A DNA stretch of 64,000 nucleotides. Source: Styela clava (Eukaryota). The DNA is taken from positions 3,472,001 through 3,536,000 of the forward strand of contig NC_135257.1 in the NCBI RefSeq assembly GCF_964204865.1, read 5' to 3'. Positions 26,203-37,759 of the stretch are shown here, piece after piece; position 1 is the first letter of the stretch; every line of letters begins with the position of its first letter. The position numbers and the translations under genes were made by a program. The notes beneath the pieces were generated by a model that was given only the letters and a program-made list of their open reading frames with translations, was not told the origin of the DNA and ran no database searches.

Positions 26203-27353
26203 AATTCAATTCGATATTTATAATGTGATGAAAATGTTATGTATTTATGATCTAGGTCTAGGATATGAAAAGAACAAATATAAATTGCAACGTTCCCGAA
26301 ACCGAATTCCTGAAAGTCTCTATGTATCAAATGTGAGTATATTGCGCTCCATTCCTTAGGTCAGCCATTAATATTGCTTTGAATTTCCATAAAATTATAG
26401 AGTTTTGTAATTTTCCGGTTAGTAGACTCAACACAACGTTCGGTCAGCATATCCAAGCGACGCAACAAACCTTATCGCAAGCCCACCCACGTCCTCAAGA
26501 CGTGAATAGACATCGCAAAAGCAAAAACCAGAGAATTACGCCGGACCTCGAACTATCACCCTCGTCAAAGGCGTCTGTTTTTTCTGCTTCAGGGTGCAAA
26601 CCGGGCCCTTGGAATGGTTTTCTGTGGCCACAAGCAAAGGCCTTCAATGGGTACCATTCACGAGGACTTAAATTTGAAGTGCACTGACTGGGATTTGCTC
26701 AGTGCCTCGACTGCATATATTCTTCCGCTTTCATCTGTTGTTTTTCATTAATTTTACATGGCACATAACTAACATAGAAGCATAACTAATCAATTTTTAT
26801 GGAAATGACTAATGCCGCTGTCTTTAGAAGGGACTTTGGATCATGGAAGTTTGAGAACCACTGATTCCGGCTATGCTTCTTAAAATATAAACCTTCGATT
26901 TATTATAACGTTAGGTTTCGTATTATGCAATCACATTGTCTTAATTTTTGTTGATGATCACCATGCTATCGATATTCTTTATGTATCACTGCTTGTCGCC
27001 ATGGGCTACCGGTAAAAGGCATAGAAGATCTCCTACATCCTTTCCTTTCTCACAGTTGAATAAAAATCACATGATAACCACCCCATTTTAATTTATTATT
27101 TCGATATGAAATGATAACGTATAAAGTTATGGGACGAAGCAAATACACATACGGAAATAGCTCAGTAACAGCTAATTCTATTGTATCCAAAAGGAGTCGA
27201 TGTCGACGCTGTAATTCTTCAAAGAAATATTCAAGATTAATCGCCTTGATGCTTCTTTCAGTTGTCTTTTGTGGACATTTTGTTGTTTTCCAATATTTAC
27301 AAAACAAGAAGAATTACCGTTAGCGACAATGGGATCTAGAGCGTTCAGTGAAA

Positions 27354-28100
27354 AGAATACACAGAACTGACGCTTTTGTTCACGTGTCATTTTTTCATTA
27401 ATATTACTGCTATAATCTTATCATTTGTCACTATGAGTTTAGCAATGTTGACTTTAAATATGGTGAGATTTACAGGGAATTTGGTGCTTATTTATAACAA
27501 TCGAGTATTACGACACGGTAGTCATGACCGATAACATAATCGCTGTTGCTGAGGTTGTGCCGAATTCATATTTCAATGCTGGACTGTTGTTTGATCAACA
27601 ATATACTGCGCGTTATATTCTTAGATTCTGGTTGTGTTGAATATAAATCAATTCACTCAACCAAATGGATACAGAATAGATTTATACAGAGAGAATAACG
27701 AGTTTTAAGTATTTGCATGCGTGAAAAGTGACCATCAGTTGGTAGAGTAGGTCAAAAAATAATAAAATCTCCTTTCTCTTTTGTAGACAATCCAGATTTA
27801 GCTTCTTTTGTATGCACTCTAATTTTCGCTGTTTGGTTCAAATTCCGAATTTGCTTTTAAAAGCAGAGAAAAAAAGAAAATTTTTCGGTTTGAGACATTG
27901 TCGTCTATATTCTTTACTACTTTTGTTAAAGTATGCCTTATTGTATGTTGGGAGGATACCGTTGATAAAGAACTTACTGGTAAGTGGTAAAAACCAGCAA
28001 CGGTAGTCGAATTTGATATTTAATATTTTCCGGCTCTTGCAAAATGAAAATTTATAGGAATGCTTTCCTATATCAAGAATTATTGACAAAAATGAAGATA
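27354..28100 (+). repeat. Unclassified dispersed duplicated segment, copy 2 (empty site of the hAT insertion)
   Basis: Shares long near-identical blocks such as ctataatcttatcatttgtcactatgagtttagcaatgttgactttaaatat and gttgggaggataccgttgata with 2365-2549 plus 12995-13690. Confidence 0.8.
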
Positions 28101-28237
28101 TCTTAATAACAAAATATTTCAGCAGGCTTGGTTTAATATAATGGTGTATATCTGACATGTTTATTAGCTGGATAATATGTAGTCAAAGATTAAAGATAAA
28201 AAAAATCGAAGATACGAATAAATGAGTTCCCGAAGTC

Positions 28238-28269
28238 GTAACCTAGTTACTAATACAACACGTAAACAA
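28238..28269. promoter_or_regulatory. Candidate RFX X-box-like palindrome plus forkhead site
   Basis: gtaacctagttac (28238-28250) and gtaaacaa (28262-28269), about 0.4 kb upstream of the CNBD2-like ATG. Confidence 0.35.
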
Positions 28270-28637
28270 ATTTCGGTTTCATCTACATTAAAACAATAAC
28301 GGTATAGTTTCTCAAATAGAAGTGTGTGTCGATTGATCTGTATGTCGATACCATATTAATGCGTAGTTGAATGGGTACAAGTTAGGTCAACACAATAATA
28401 GTGTAAACAGGTAGGTGGTTCGTTTACTCATTTTTACAGCCAGGCTCGAGTCGCTCGAGTCGGAACGCAAACTCGGTTTGAGGAGTCGTATCCGATCTGA
28501 AACTCTCACATAAACGTCATTCTCGTATATATGATTTATAAAAATATTGCAGTTTCAAAATAAATTATTTTTTTTGTTATTTGTATTCTAGGGATATTTT
28601 GTATTTGGACAAACTTTGAGTGAACCTTTGTAACAAT

Positions 28638-31600
28638 ATGAACCACAAACAAAATAAAACACAATCACATGGACTAAAGCCTACTATTTATGATTCACCA
28701 TCACCCACCAGTAGACCTGTGACACGGTCATCATCCAGTGCAAAATGGGAACTAGGTAAGATGCTTAATGATATAATATGAATTGAACAAAGGATTGTAC
28801 AGCGATGAAGTTTGGAATGGACCTAATATTTCATTTAAACACAGTCCGAACAATCTATCTTAACTAAACTGAACTAACCACCATGATATCAACAATCTGA
28901 GCTGTTTTCGGCAGGATTTTCCAATCATACAAGACGTGATCCGACCTTTTCTGCATTGAAAACGGATTGCGCAATGCGATGCCATAAGACTGTTTCTTTG
29001 CAGTATGCAAGGTGACATCCAGAAGCCTAACCCATACATTTTTCAAATAATTTCACGTAAATTAACACTACAAAACTTGATTTTCTGTTTGTTTATGAGT
29101 GTACCCAAAAGTTTTAATAATCTAAGGCACTTTACATAAATTTTTTTTTTTCTAGAATACAATCCATATAAGTTCGGTTATATTTTATGGCCACTCTGTA
29201 TGTAGTTATTGTGGCATCATCACGTTTAATCGTTCTATAAGTGGCTGTTCGTCTTTAAGTTATAAGCTCATATGTGCCCTCTCTTTGAGCGCATCAAAAA
29301 TAACTAACAACCGAAAACCAACTATTGCGGGAAAAATTAAGAGGGTTTTGTGATTGAAGTTTGAGTGCGCTTAATCCTAATTTGTGTGTGTGATTTTCTA
29401 ATTTATTTTTATAAATACCTTATTCGTGACTGTGATATTCTTAACAGGTTGGGAAGATCCAGATGCACTACTGAAAATATCTGTGTTCAATGAATCACAC
29501 GTGCAACGACCAAAGGGTGCCTCACAAATACTGAGGAACAGGATATCGGTAAGTTAATAATTGTTATACCGGTACTGAATATAAATTGTTATACCGACTG
29601 AATGCAGTCTCAAATTTTTTAAATAAAGGAAACGAACATATACAGTATATATATTTTTCCTGAACTCGACCACGAAAAAAATACACCATGCCCCTCCGGG
29701 TTAATCACGCTTAAATTGCTCTAATAAAATGAATTTGGTACAAATACAAACGCGGGTTAAAGGAAGTAAACTGTTATCTCTATTTATTATGATTTGTTGT
29801 TCAAGATATTATAAAACCAAACATTTGTTCAATCAGCGAATGGAGCAACTAAGTTTACATGGAAAAAAGAGAAACCGGTCTTTCTCAGTCAGTTTCAAAC
29901 CACAAGAGGTAAGATATTGAACCATACAAAACAGTATTAACCTCTGTTTTTTTCATGTAGTTTCAATAATTGTTCAACTCAAAATAATGTTACAATAGTT
30001 TGCGTATTCTTGTTATCGCAGATGTCATCGACTAACCCCACATAGAACTTCTCACTACAAGGTCAAATTTATAAAATTCAAGCATTATAGAAGCCAGCTA
30101 TCAGGATATAGATATTCAGTGGCTAAATATCGGCTTCAGTTTGTCAGTTACTACTTTCGTTAATATTTTCGTCATTCACACTTAACGCATAATTGTATCA
30201 AAAATTTATTTTAATGGTGGGGTATCAAAATTGGAATTATGATATGAATATTACAATGTTGGCGACTGGGTTAATTGCAAAATTGTGTTTCGAAAGTCCA
30301 GGACTTTGCAGGGTGGTCTAGCTTACATAGAGTGCACATTTTATACCTTATTGAAGTTCTCTATATATATGTATATTATTTCCCCTGCTTGTTGCTTTAC
30401 AGTATTTATCATTGTTTCGAAAATTTGCCAAGAGCGTTATTCTACTTTTGAAGTGTTTCAGAATGCGACGAAAGTGAGATTTGTGTTTTTTTAGATATGA
30501 TTTATGAATTTTATTACACATAACCATGTTTGGGAGTCAAAATATACATACAGTTTGTAATAAGGTAGCTTATAGTAACTGTACAATATTTTATAACGAA
30601 TAATAATATCGAATAAACTGCCAATTGACTATAGTTTATTCGATATTATGATTCGTTGTTCAAATCGGTCTGCCTATGTGACAAATACCAACTTATGATA
30701 AAAACGAATATGTGTTTTGTTTTGCTTGAAATGGCAACAAAATAAGCGCTAGAAAAATTTGAAATTTTCCAAAAAACAATCTTCAAATTTAATTTTTTTA
30801 TTGGATCTTACGTCGTTTGATTAAGTGTGGCAGTATTACATGATTGTAAGATAATGATGTAGTATTATATATTTTAGGTTTGCTGTCCAGTCAAGGAATA
30901 TGACTTTAAAGCACACGGAACAAACTGGCGATTTTAATGTATTTAAGACCAGTTCAGTGAGTGATTTCGTTTTAATATAAATGTTCTAGGTTCAGGCTTT
31001 GGTATTGGTGTGAATATATGTTCGTATTTGCCACCACATGGAAAAAGTTTTTTTTTTTTTTTTGACAAATGCTTCTTGGTCAACTAATTTCGATCATACA
31101 GATAATTACCTACTTACTCTACATTTCTTAACGAAGGCCGTCGATTGCCTCTATAAGACAACAATACATCATAATGCGTCACACGAAATACATACAAAAG
31201 TGGATCTTCTTTTTTTCAGATAAACCGAGAATTGCAAATTATATTATCAACTCCACCCGAACATAGAACAATAGAAAATTTGAGAAAAATCCAGTATTAT
31301 ATGAAAGCAACTGGGGCACATAGACTTTTAGCAAGTGCTTCAACAAATGAAGATTTACAAAACCTTGCTCGATATGTTGCATATGAAAGGTATACTGTGT
31401 ATGCTCAAAATTTTTTAACCTCGACTAATTTAATATCGTGAATCTTCGTTGAGGTAAACGCTCTGAATTATAAAGGTGATAACCAAGATTTTTTTCAATG
31501 CGTGCTAGCTCAAACCTGAATCCGATATAAATATAACCGGTTTAGGCCTTCCATTCCCAGTCATTAAAATTGGCAATTTGCAAACTTACATATATGAATA

Positions 31601-34600
31601 AATTAAAAGAGTTTCATAGCCCTCAATTAATTGAACTAAAAAGTTGAACGCTCACCACTATCTAAATTCAGTAATGTTTAGAATTTCACAGCTGCACACA
31701 AAGTAATTTGGAAATTGTTATATTGTTTCAACACAGATATGAAAATGACCGAGTAGTTGCCCAGCAAGGGCGCCCTCCAGATAGATTTTATTTTTTGATC
31801 ACCGGAAAGCTGCTGATTGTGAAGGAATATCAAATAGACACAGGAATAATTTCCAAAACAGTCGGAGTTCTAACGAAAGGAATGACAACAAATGTTAGTA
31901 ACAAAAAGAAAAAGTTTTATAGAATTAGAAAGAGTGAACCTAAAAGTATGAATTATCACATTAGTTTGTGTGTGCATATCAAAATCCGACCCGATGTGGT
32001 GTCTGCAAATAACTAGCAGTGGAAGATAGAAAAGGCATTTAAATAAGCCTGGCGCATCCAATATAAGCAAATATATGTCGTAATAATATTTTTTCACCGT
32101 TCCAACGGTGTTGTGTATAATTCTTTTGCTCGTGTCATTTCGAAGTTGGAAAGTATACACAGTCATTACTGTGTATAAGCGAAGCTCTCGCCCTTTTCAG
32201 GTAGAGGAAATGGAAAAACGAAATTTACGAAAATCCTCTCTGATTTGCCGAGGACCTGTTGAAACTCTCGTTCTTGATTGCGATGTAAGTAACTTAATAA
32301 CCGTTTTCAATTCTAAACTAGCAAACTCAGATGCCAAGCACATACAACAAACTTGGGTGGAATGTAATCTGCGACGGTATACAAACATTTCAACCTATGC
32401 GAAACCTTTCGGCCTAGAGATATATCGCCATCGGGTATCGGCAATATTGGTCATTTTTTCGATGTCAGTTTGTTTCGGTTCCGGCTAAAATAAACTGATA
32501 TTTACGATTTATTCAGCTCTTTGATCTGATCCAGAACATCACGATTCCCAGCGCCTGTGCACAACTTACAACTATTTTATCCAATCTGTCCCAGACATCC
32601 GAGATGATATACGTGTCGGCCCAGATAAGATCGAGTGCGCGGATAGGTCTATCAAGGATGCGAGATGCAATAGGAGACGAGGCTCGATTTTGTATCGAAA
32701 TAATATTACATGATATGGCATTAAAAAGTGCCGTGTTTTTAGGGGACATGCGTACAGCTAGGTTTTATTCCAATTGCTTTCCATACACATGTTAATAACC
32801 TAAGTTCGTGTTCAATTGTTTGCGTTTAAACTCTCAAAGTTTGCCTCCAATTGTAATAACAAAATACTTTGACAATCAATAAATAATAGAGAAGAAAAAT
32901 GACTTTTTTTCACTAACGAAATATTCAATCAGGGTGATCGAGTCTTGTCTTCTATCGCGCTGCACGTTGTTTATAAACGTATCTCCGCACACGAGTCTGT
33001 ATAGCCAAAACTTCCGCCGAAACGTCTGTAAGTCATCTTCGATCACGTATTGTAGGCTACTCTTTTTGTTAAAACACATCCCTGAATTCAAAATCTGCAA
33101 ATATAACTTGTAACTAAGGTGTTTGATACCAACGGGGTGGGGTGTTCATAAAGTCTTGAAATGTTTTAAATTTATACGCGAATTTATAAATTTATTTAAA
33201 ATTTTGGATCCGAGATTCATTCAACACAAATCGCATATAACTGTAAATGTAAATGTCGTAGTAGTCAGAAGCATCCTCAAACCAAAAACTCCTTTTGTCT
33301 AAATATTCAAGGGCGAATGAGCTCATTATAAATCGATTCATTCAATATAGCGCTATTCAATTCAATATTAGATTCGATCTTCATATTTGCAATATACCTT
33401 CTCCAATAGGATATTCTGAATCCGTCGAAGAATCGTATATATTACGCCTAGTAATCGTCCGAGATGAGACCAAATCGTCAGTTACTTTATATGAAATATA
33501 ATTACCCATCTACTGTTATATGAGCAAATATTGTTTCTTTAAAGAATTATTTTCTAATACACGGAGAAAGAGGTGGAGCACCTAGGGAGTTCCTGTCAAG
33601 ACATTCACTATTTCGAACGTTTCCATTTGAGACAGTTAAATGTCATAAACAGTTATTGAAGTTGCAATATTTTCCGTAAGTCTTACATTAGTTAGTAAAT
33701 ATGTTTTATAGGACGGATTCAAGTTTATTTTACTTATGTTCAACAAACGTTTACATAAAGTTTAAAAATATAGAGTATATATAAAAAAGTTATGTGCAAA
33801 TTCTTTTTGTGAACTTTCAAGTATCTTTGTTTATTGCTTTTCAGCAAAGGTGCTATTATTTTTGGCGGTGGTTCGGAATTTGAATGGATTTATATTATAA
33901 AATCAGTAAGTTCTTTTTTTTAGTCTTATTGTTAATACACCATTAAGTCTTATTGTTAATACACCATTATATATACACTACAGACCGCATATGACAACAT
34001 GATATGTTCTAAGCACTGATAAAAATTCATAGCGCCACATACATATTCAGGTGTCATTATTTGGCTGCACATGCATATCTCAACCCGCACTCCACTTAGC
34101 CACACCGTTGTCAAACTTTATTTCCTAATAGTGCTTTTGTTTTGTTTTTAAGATATTATAACATCTAAATATTCAGGGGGAATGTTCATTGATACGAGTG
34201 CAAACTGTAGCCGACTTCAAGAAAAAATATCCTGCTTCCTCCATAAACAATTCGGAATTTGGAAATAGACGCCGTAGATCGAAGTCAGCAGCTGAAAAGC
34301 TTGCTGATTTCCGAGCTTGGAAAGGTCCCATAAGGTCACCACTGAGCTTTCGACAGACTCGTCCTCACAACAATGAAGAACAAGGTAGACAGATGGAATT
34401 GCACAAAGCAAGGTTGGTGTGCAGTGTCTGGAAAATATTTTGTAAAAGAAAGCACTGGGTACTGTCCCGTTGTTGCTTTACTTTTAATTAGATCTGTTTT
34501 CTTTGAGCTACTCGCCTACATTCCGATTCATTCGTAAAACCGAAAGCCTTGTGTAACACGATATATATACTATAATTTATTGGGTTACTTTTAATGATAA

Positions 34601-36590
34601 GTGTACGGGCCACGATAATACAAAAAATGTTATAGAGATGTTATAGAAATTGATCTAATTTTTTACCCTCAGTATAAAGACAGCCCAGCCCGTTAACGAG
34701 TTATATGCGTTATATGCATCGCATGATCATAAATAATTCCAACGTCAAACTGACGGTTCAATCGATTAGGCAGGAAAGGAAACTTGAGATAATTCGTACA
34801 CACTTGACGCCTTTGTAATATATATCGCTGTATCGACAATAAGTGAATATGAAACGAAACATTCTGCAGGTCTACTGGAATTCCATTATTTTCAAATTCT
34901 TCGAATCAAGATGAAAATAAAGGACTCAAGTTCAATCAGGAGCAAAATAACAAGACGTTCTCAACAGAGAGTGAAGGTTTTTACCGACCAAAAACTGTCG
35001 GTGATGAATTAAATAGTTCGGATTATACCTCTGTTGGTCGTGTAAAATTGATACCAATACTGGGAAAAAGTAAATTCACTTCATCACAAACATATGCTAG
35101 AAAAGAAAAGGCTCAAAGTGCGTCACCAAGATACAGACAAGCTTATCTAGAACTTGGGAAATTAAAATATGGAGATGTTCTGGTGAGTACTTTTTACATC
35201 CATGGACAAATCAACGATGTGAAGTTATATTTGTTAAAATAAGATAGGTAACGTGGTTCAGACTTGGCTATTACTAATGAAAATATTTTATTATAAAATT
35301 TAGTACAACAATTTTCAGTTTTTTTTCGCATGTCGTATTTGCTCGATTTTTGAACACGATTATCTAAAATATGATTAATCGAAAGCTAGAACTAACTTAA
35401 CTAGAAGTAGTTAGGTTATATCTGATTAATCTTGTTGTTAATAAAATTTCACATACTTAAATGTATCTGCTAATTGAACCTCTTTAGGACAATATTAGAA
35501 TTGGACAGTTTGTGCCTTTAAGTCGGAAAACTTTTTCTACACCTCTTCATTTTAATGATGTGAGCAAGTGTCCGGTAACCACAAACTCGTCAAATATAAT
35601 ACCGAGATGAATAAGAATAGTATTCAAACATGAACGTTTAATAACATTTGATAAGTTATAAAATTAATCGGCATAGACAAATAAATAGCGTTAACATGGT
35701 TTTGCTGTTTACACATTTCAGGGCTTTGAAAATACATTTCAAATCGAAGATTTACCAAATATCAGATTGATGAGTGAATCAGGAGCAGAAGTTGTTCTTT
35801 TCAACAGAAATTTTTTTCTAAGAAATGCTCCAACATCACTTTTGAGTTTGATAAGTTACCGAGTAAGCTATTAGTTTCAATAAAAACAAGAATACTAAAA
35901 AAAAACGAAAAGAACGGGAATCCCATTAGTTAATATGCAATAGCCAAATGGCCTACTATATCTCCGATTCTTTCTATGTATCCACGTATCCAAGCGGTTG
36001 AAAGGAGTAAATTTTGGCCATGTTTTCAGTAATATCGAGTCATATTTACGCTCGAACATGTTGACTAGAGTGTTAGATTAGCATTATAAATTATTTCTTC
36101 AAGAGCTTGAGTTATTGTAAACTCACTTACCACTTTGATACTACCATTCTGCAGCCTGGCCGACGTAAAAGAGGACATCTTTGTAAAACAATCTTACATG
36201 CTGGGCCGAAGTATTGACAATTGCGTCTGGTAATATAGTCCCATTTTCTCACTTTAATATTTAATTCAGACCAGCAGCTATCCGGACACACGAAAAGCTC
36301 GATCGGACCTAGAAACTATAGAGGCGTGGTCAATGTACAAAGCCACACTTGTGAGAGCTTTATCTGGAAATAGCTCATCTGGTGCCGATGTATTGTCAAA
36401 CAGAGTATTACAGAGAAAATATGTTTCTCAGCCGACTACACGGGGAAATATTTTTCTTCAAAAATCACAAGCTCATCGAATCCCACCCGGGACGTCTGAT
36501 GGAATCCGTTTTCCTAAATTTCGAAACTCTTTCTCGTCTTCCGTGCATAACAATTTATCTATTACTAGGGGGACACGAATAACGACATAG
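28638..36590 (+). CDS. Cyclic nucleotide-binding domain protein (CNBD2-like), 14 coding exons
   Basis: Phase-consistent exons 28638-28755, 29448-29548, 29837-29908, 30403-30473, 30878-30956, 31220-31389, 31737-31893, 32201-32284, 33545-33675, 33845-33905, 34177-34412, 34870-35182, 35722-35862 and 36270-36590. CNB motifs VAQQG...FYFLITG and WIYIIKSG...LKYGDVLG; C-terminal YP...W..YK. Confidence 0.85.
30595..30657. repeat. Near-perfect intronic inverted repeat (25-bp stem, 13-nt loop)
   Basis: aacgaataataatatcgaataaact and agtttattcgatattatgattcgtt pair at 24 of 25 positions. Confidence 0.85.
32723..33130 (+). repeat. Dispersed repeat, copy 2 (intronic)
   Basis: See 25770-26202. Confidence 0.75.
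33922..33969 (+). repeat. Perfect 24-bp tandem duplication (intronic)
   Basis: agtcttattgttaatacaccatta occurs twice in tandem. Confidence 0.9.
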
Positions 36591-37759
36591 ATAAGTTTAT
36601 TGACCCTAAACTCCGACGTTTGAGTTCATTTTATCCTGATATCCTAAATAGATAATTACAGTAGCAATTTGAACAACGTTGTCTTCTAACTTTAATCAAC
36701 TTAAATATACAAATTTATATATATTTCAGAATTAATGTTCTTAATATAGCGAAAAAGACAAAATTACAAGTATCCATTGGAGTAACTTCAAGCCTTATAC
36801 CAATCCGTATTTAACGATTTTTCTTTCGACATTCAAGGCATTTCGTCGGCCGGGGATAGCATGTACTTTTCACGTCAGTGATGTTTCCACGATGTAGATT
36901 GCATCATCGTGGTCGTCAACGTGAATATATGCCTTTCATTGAGTATCAGATCGCCGAAATCTGCGACCGGAAAATTCACGTGATGGGTTTTACTCGATAA
37001 ATTTGGTGTAATACAACGGACACGAGAGAGCTTTACGCTTTAAAATACTTTCCCTATATGACACTTCTCTGGCAATCACAAACTTCACGATGGTACATTA
37101 ATCCAATTAATTGCCTTGATAAAACTAAAGTAATGCATCTGACCCCTCGTCGTCTGTCAAACTGTCACGGTTCCAGCTGACAAGTGTGTACAATTCCTGC
37201 CAAACGCTCAGATCTTAATCGATTATTAAAGTTACAAATATGTACACCAAACGCCATAACTGTTGCCACAATTAATTCAAAAAATAATTCACGAAATATA
37301 AACTTAGTGTTCGGCCCAACAAGAAATTATTTTTTTTAACGGTCAAAGTTGAAATAAGACATTCAGTGAACAGAAGCAATTGTGTAAAGTAGAGAAAATG
37401 TCAAGAAAATTAATGGGTTCTATATCAATTTAAAGGATCCCATGTTATCGACACGATCTAGATAGCAAATTGAACAACTACCAATTCGTTTACATCGCTT
37501 CCGTGTGCAAAAATATTCTCTAATTTGAGGCTTTGATTCGGACAAATTTTGATGAATAGATGTTGCCTACATTCCAAAATGTTGAATTTTAAAAAGAAAG
37601 AGAAGTACGCATGTATATGTATATATGCATTATTCAGCATTGTAAAGTAAACATGAGTTTAAAATTTTTCTTCGTCTGCTAGTGCCTAGAAAGATCAACG
37701 TTTGTTTTTCATCGCCAACGAGTTAAGAAAGCAACATAAACTTGGTTGATTGATCCTTT

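Noticed and set aside
26847-26863. Isolated hAT TIR aagtttgagaaccactg
   Set aside because: No partner end or TSD found, so the element extent cannot be defined.
28799-29198. Possible Tc1/mariner relic in intron 1 (ggccactctg-ta end)
   Set aside because: Only one convincing end and no reliable transposase motif.
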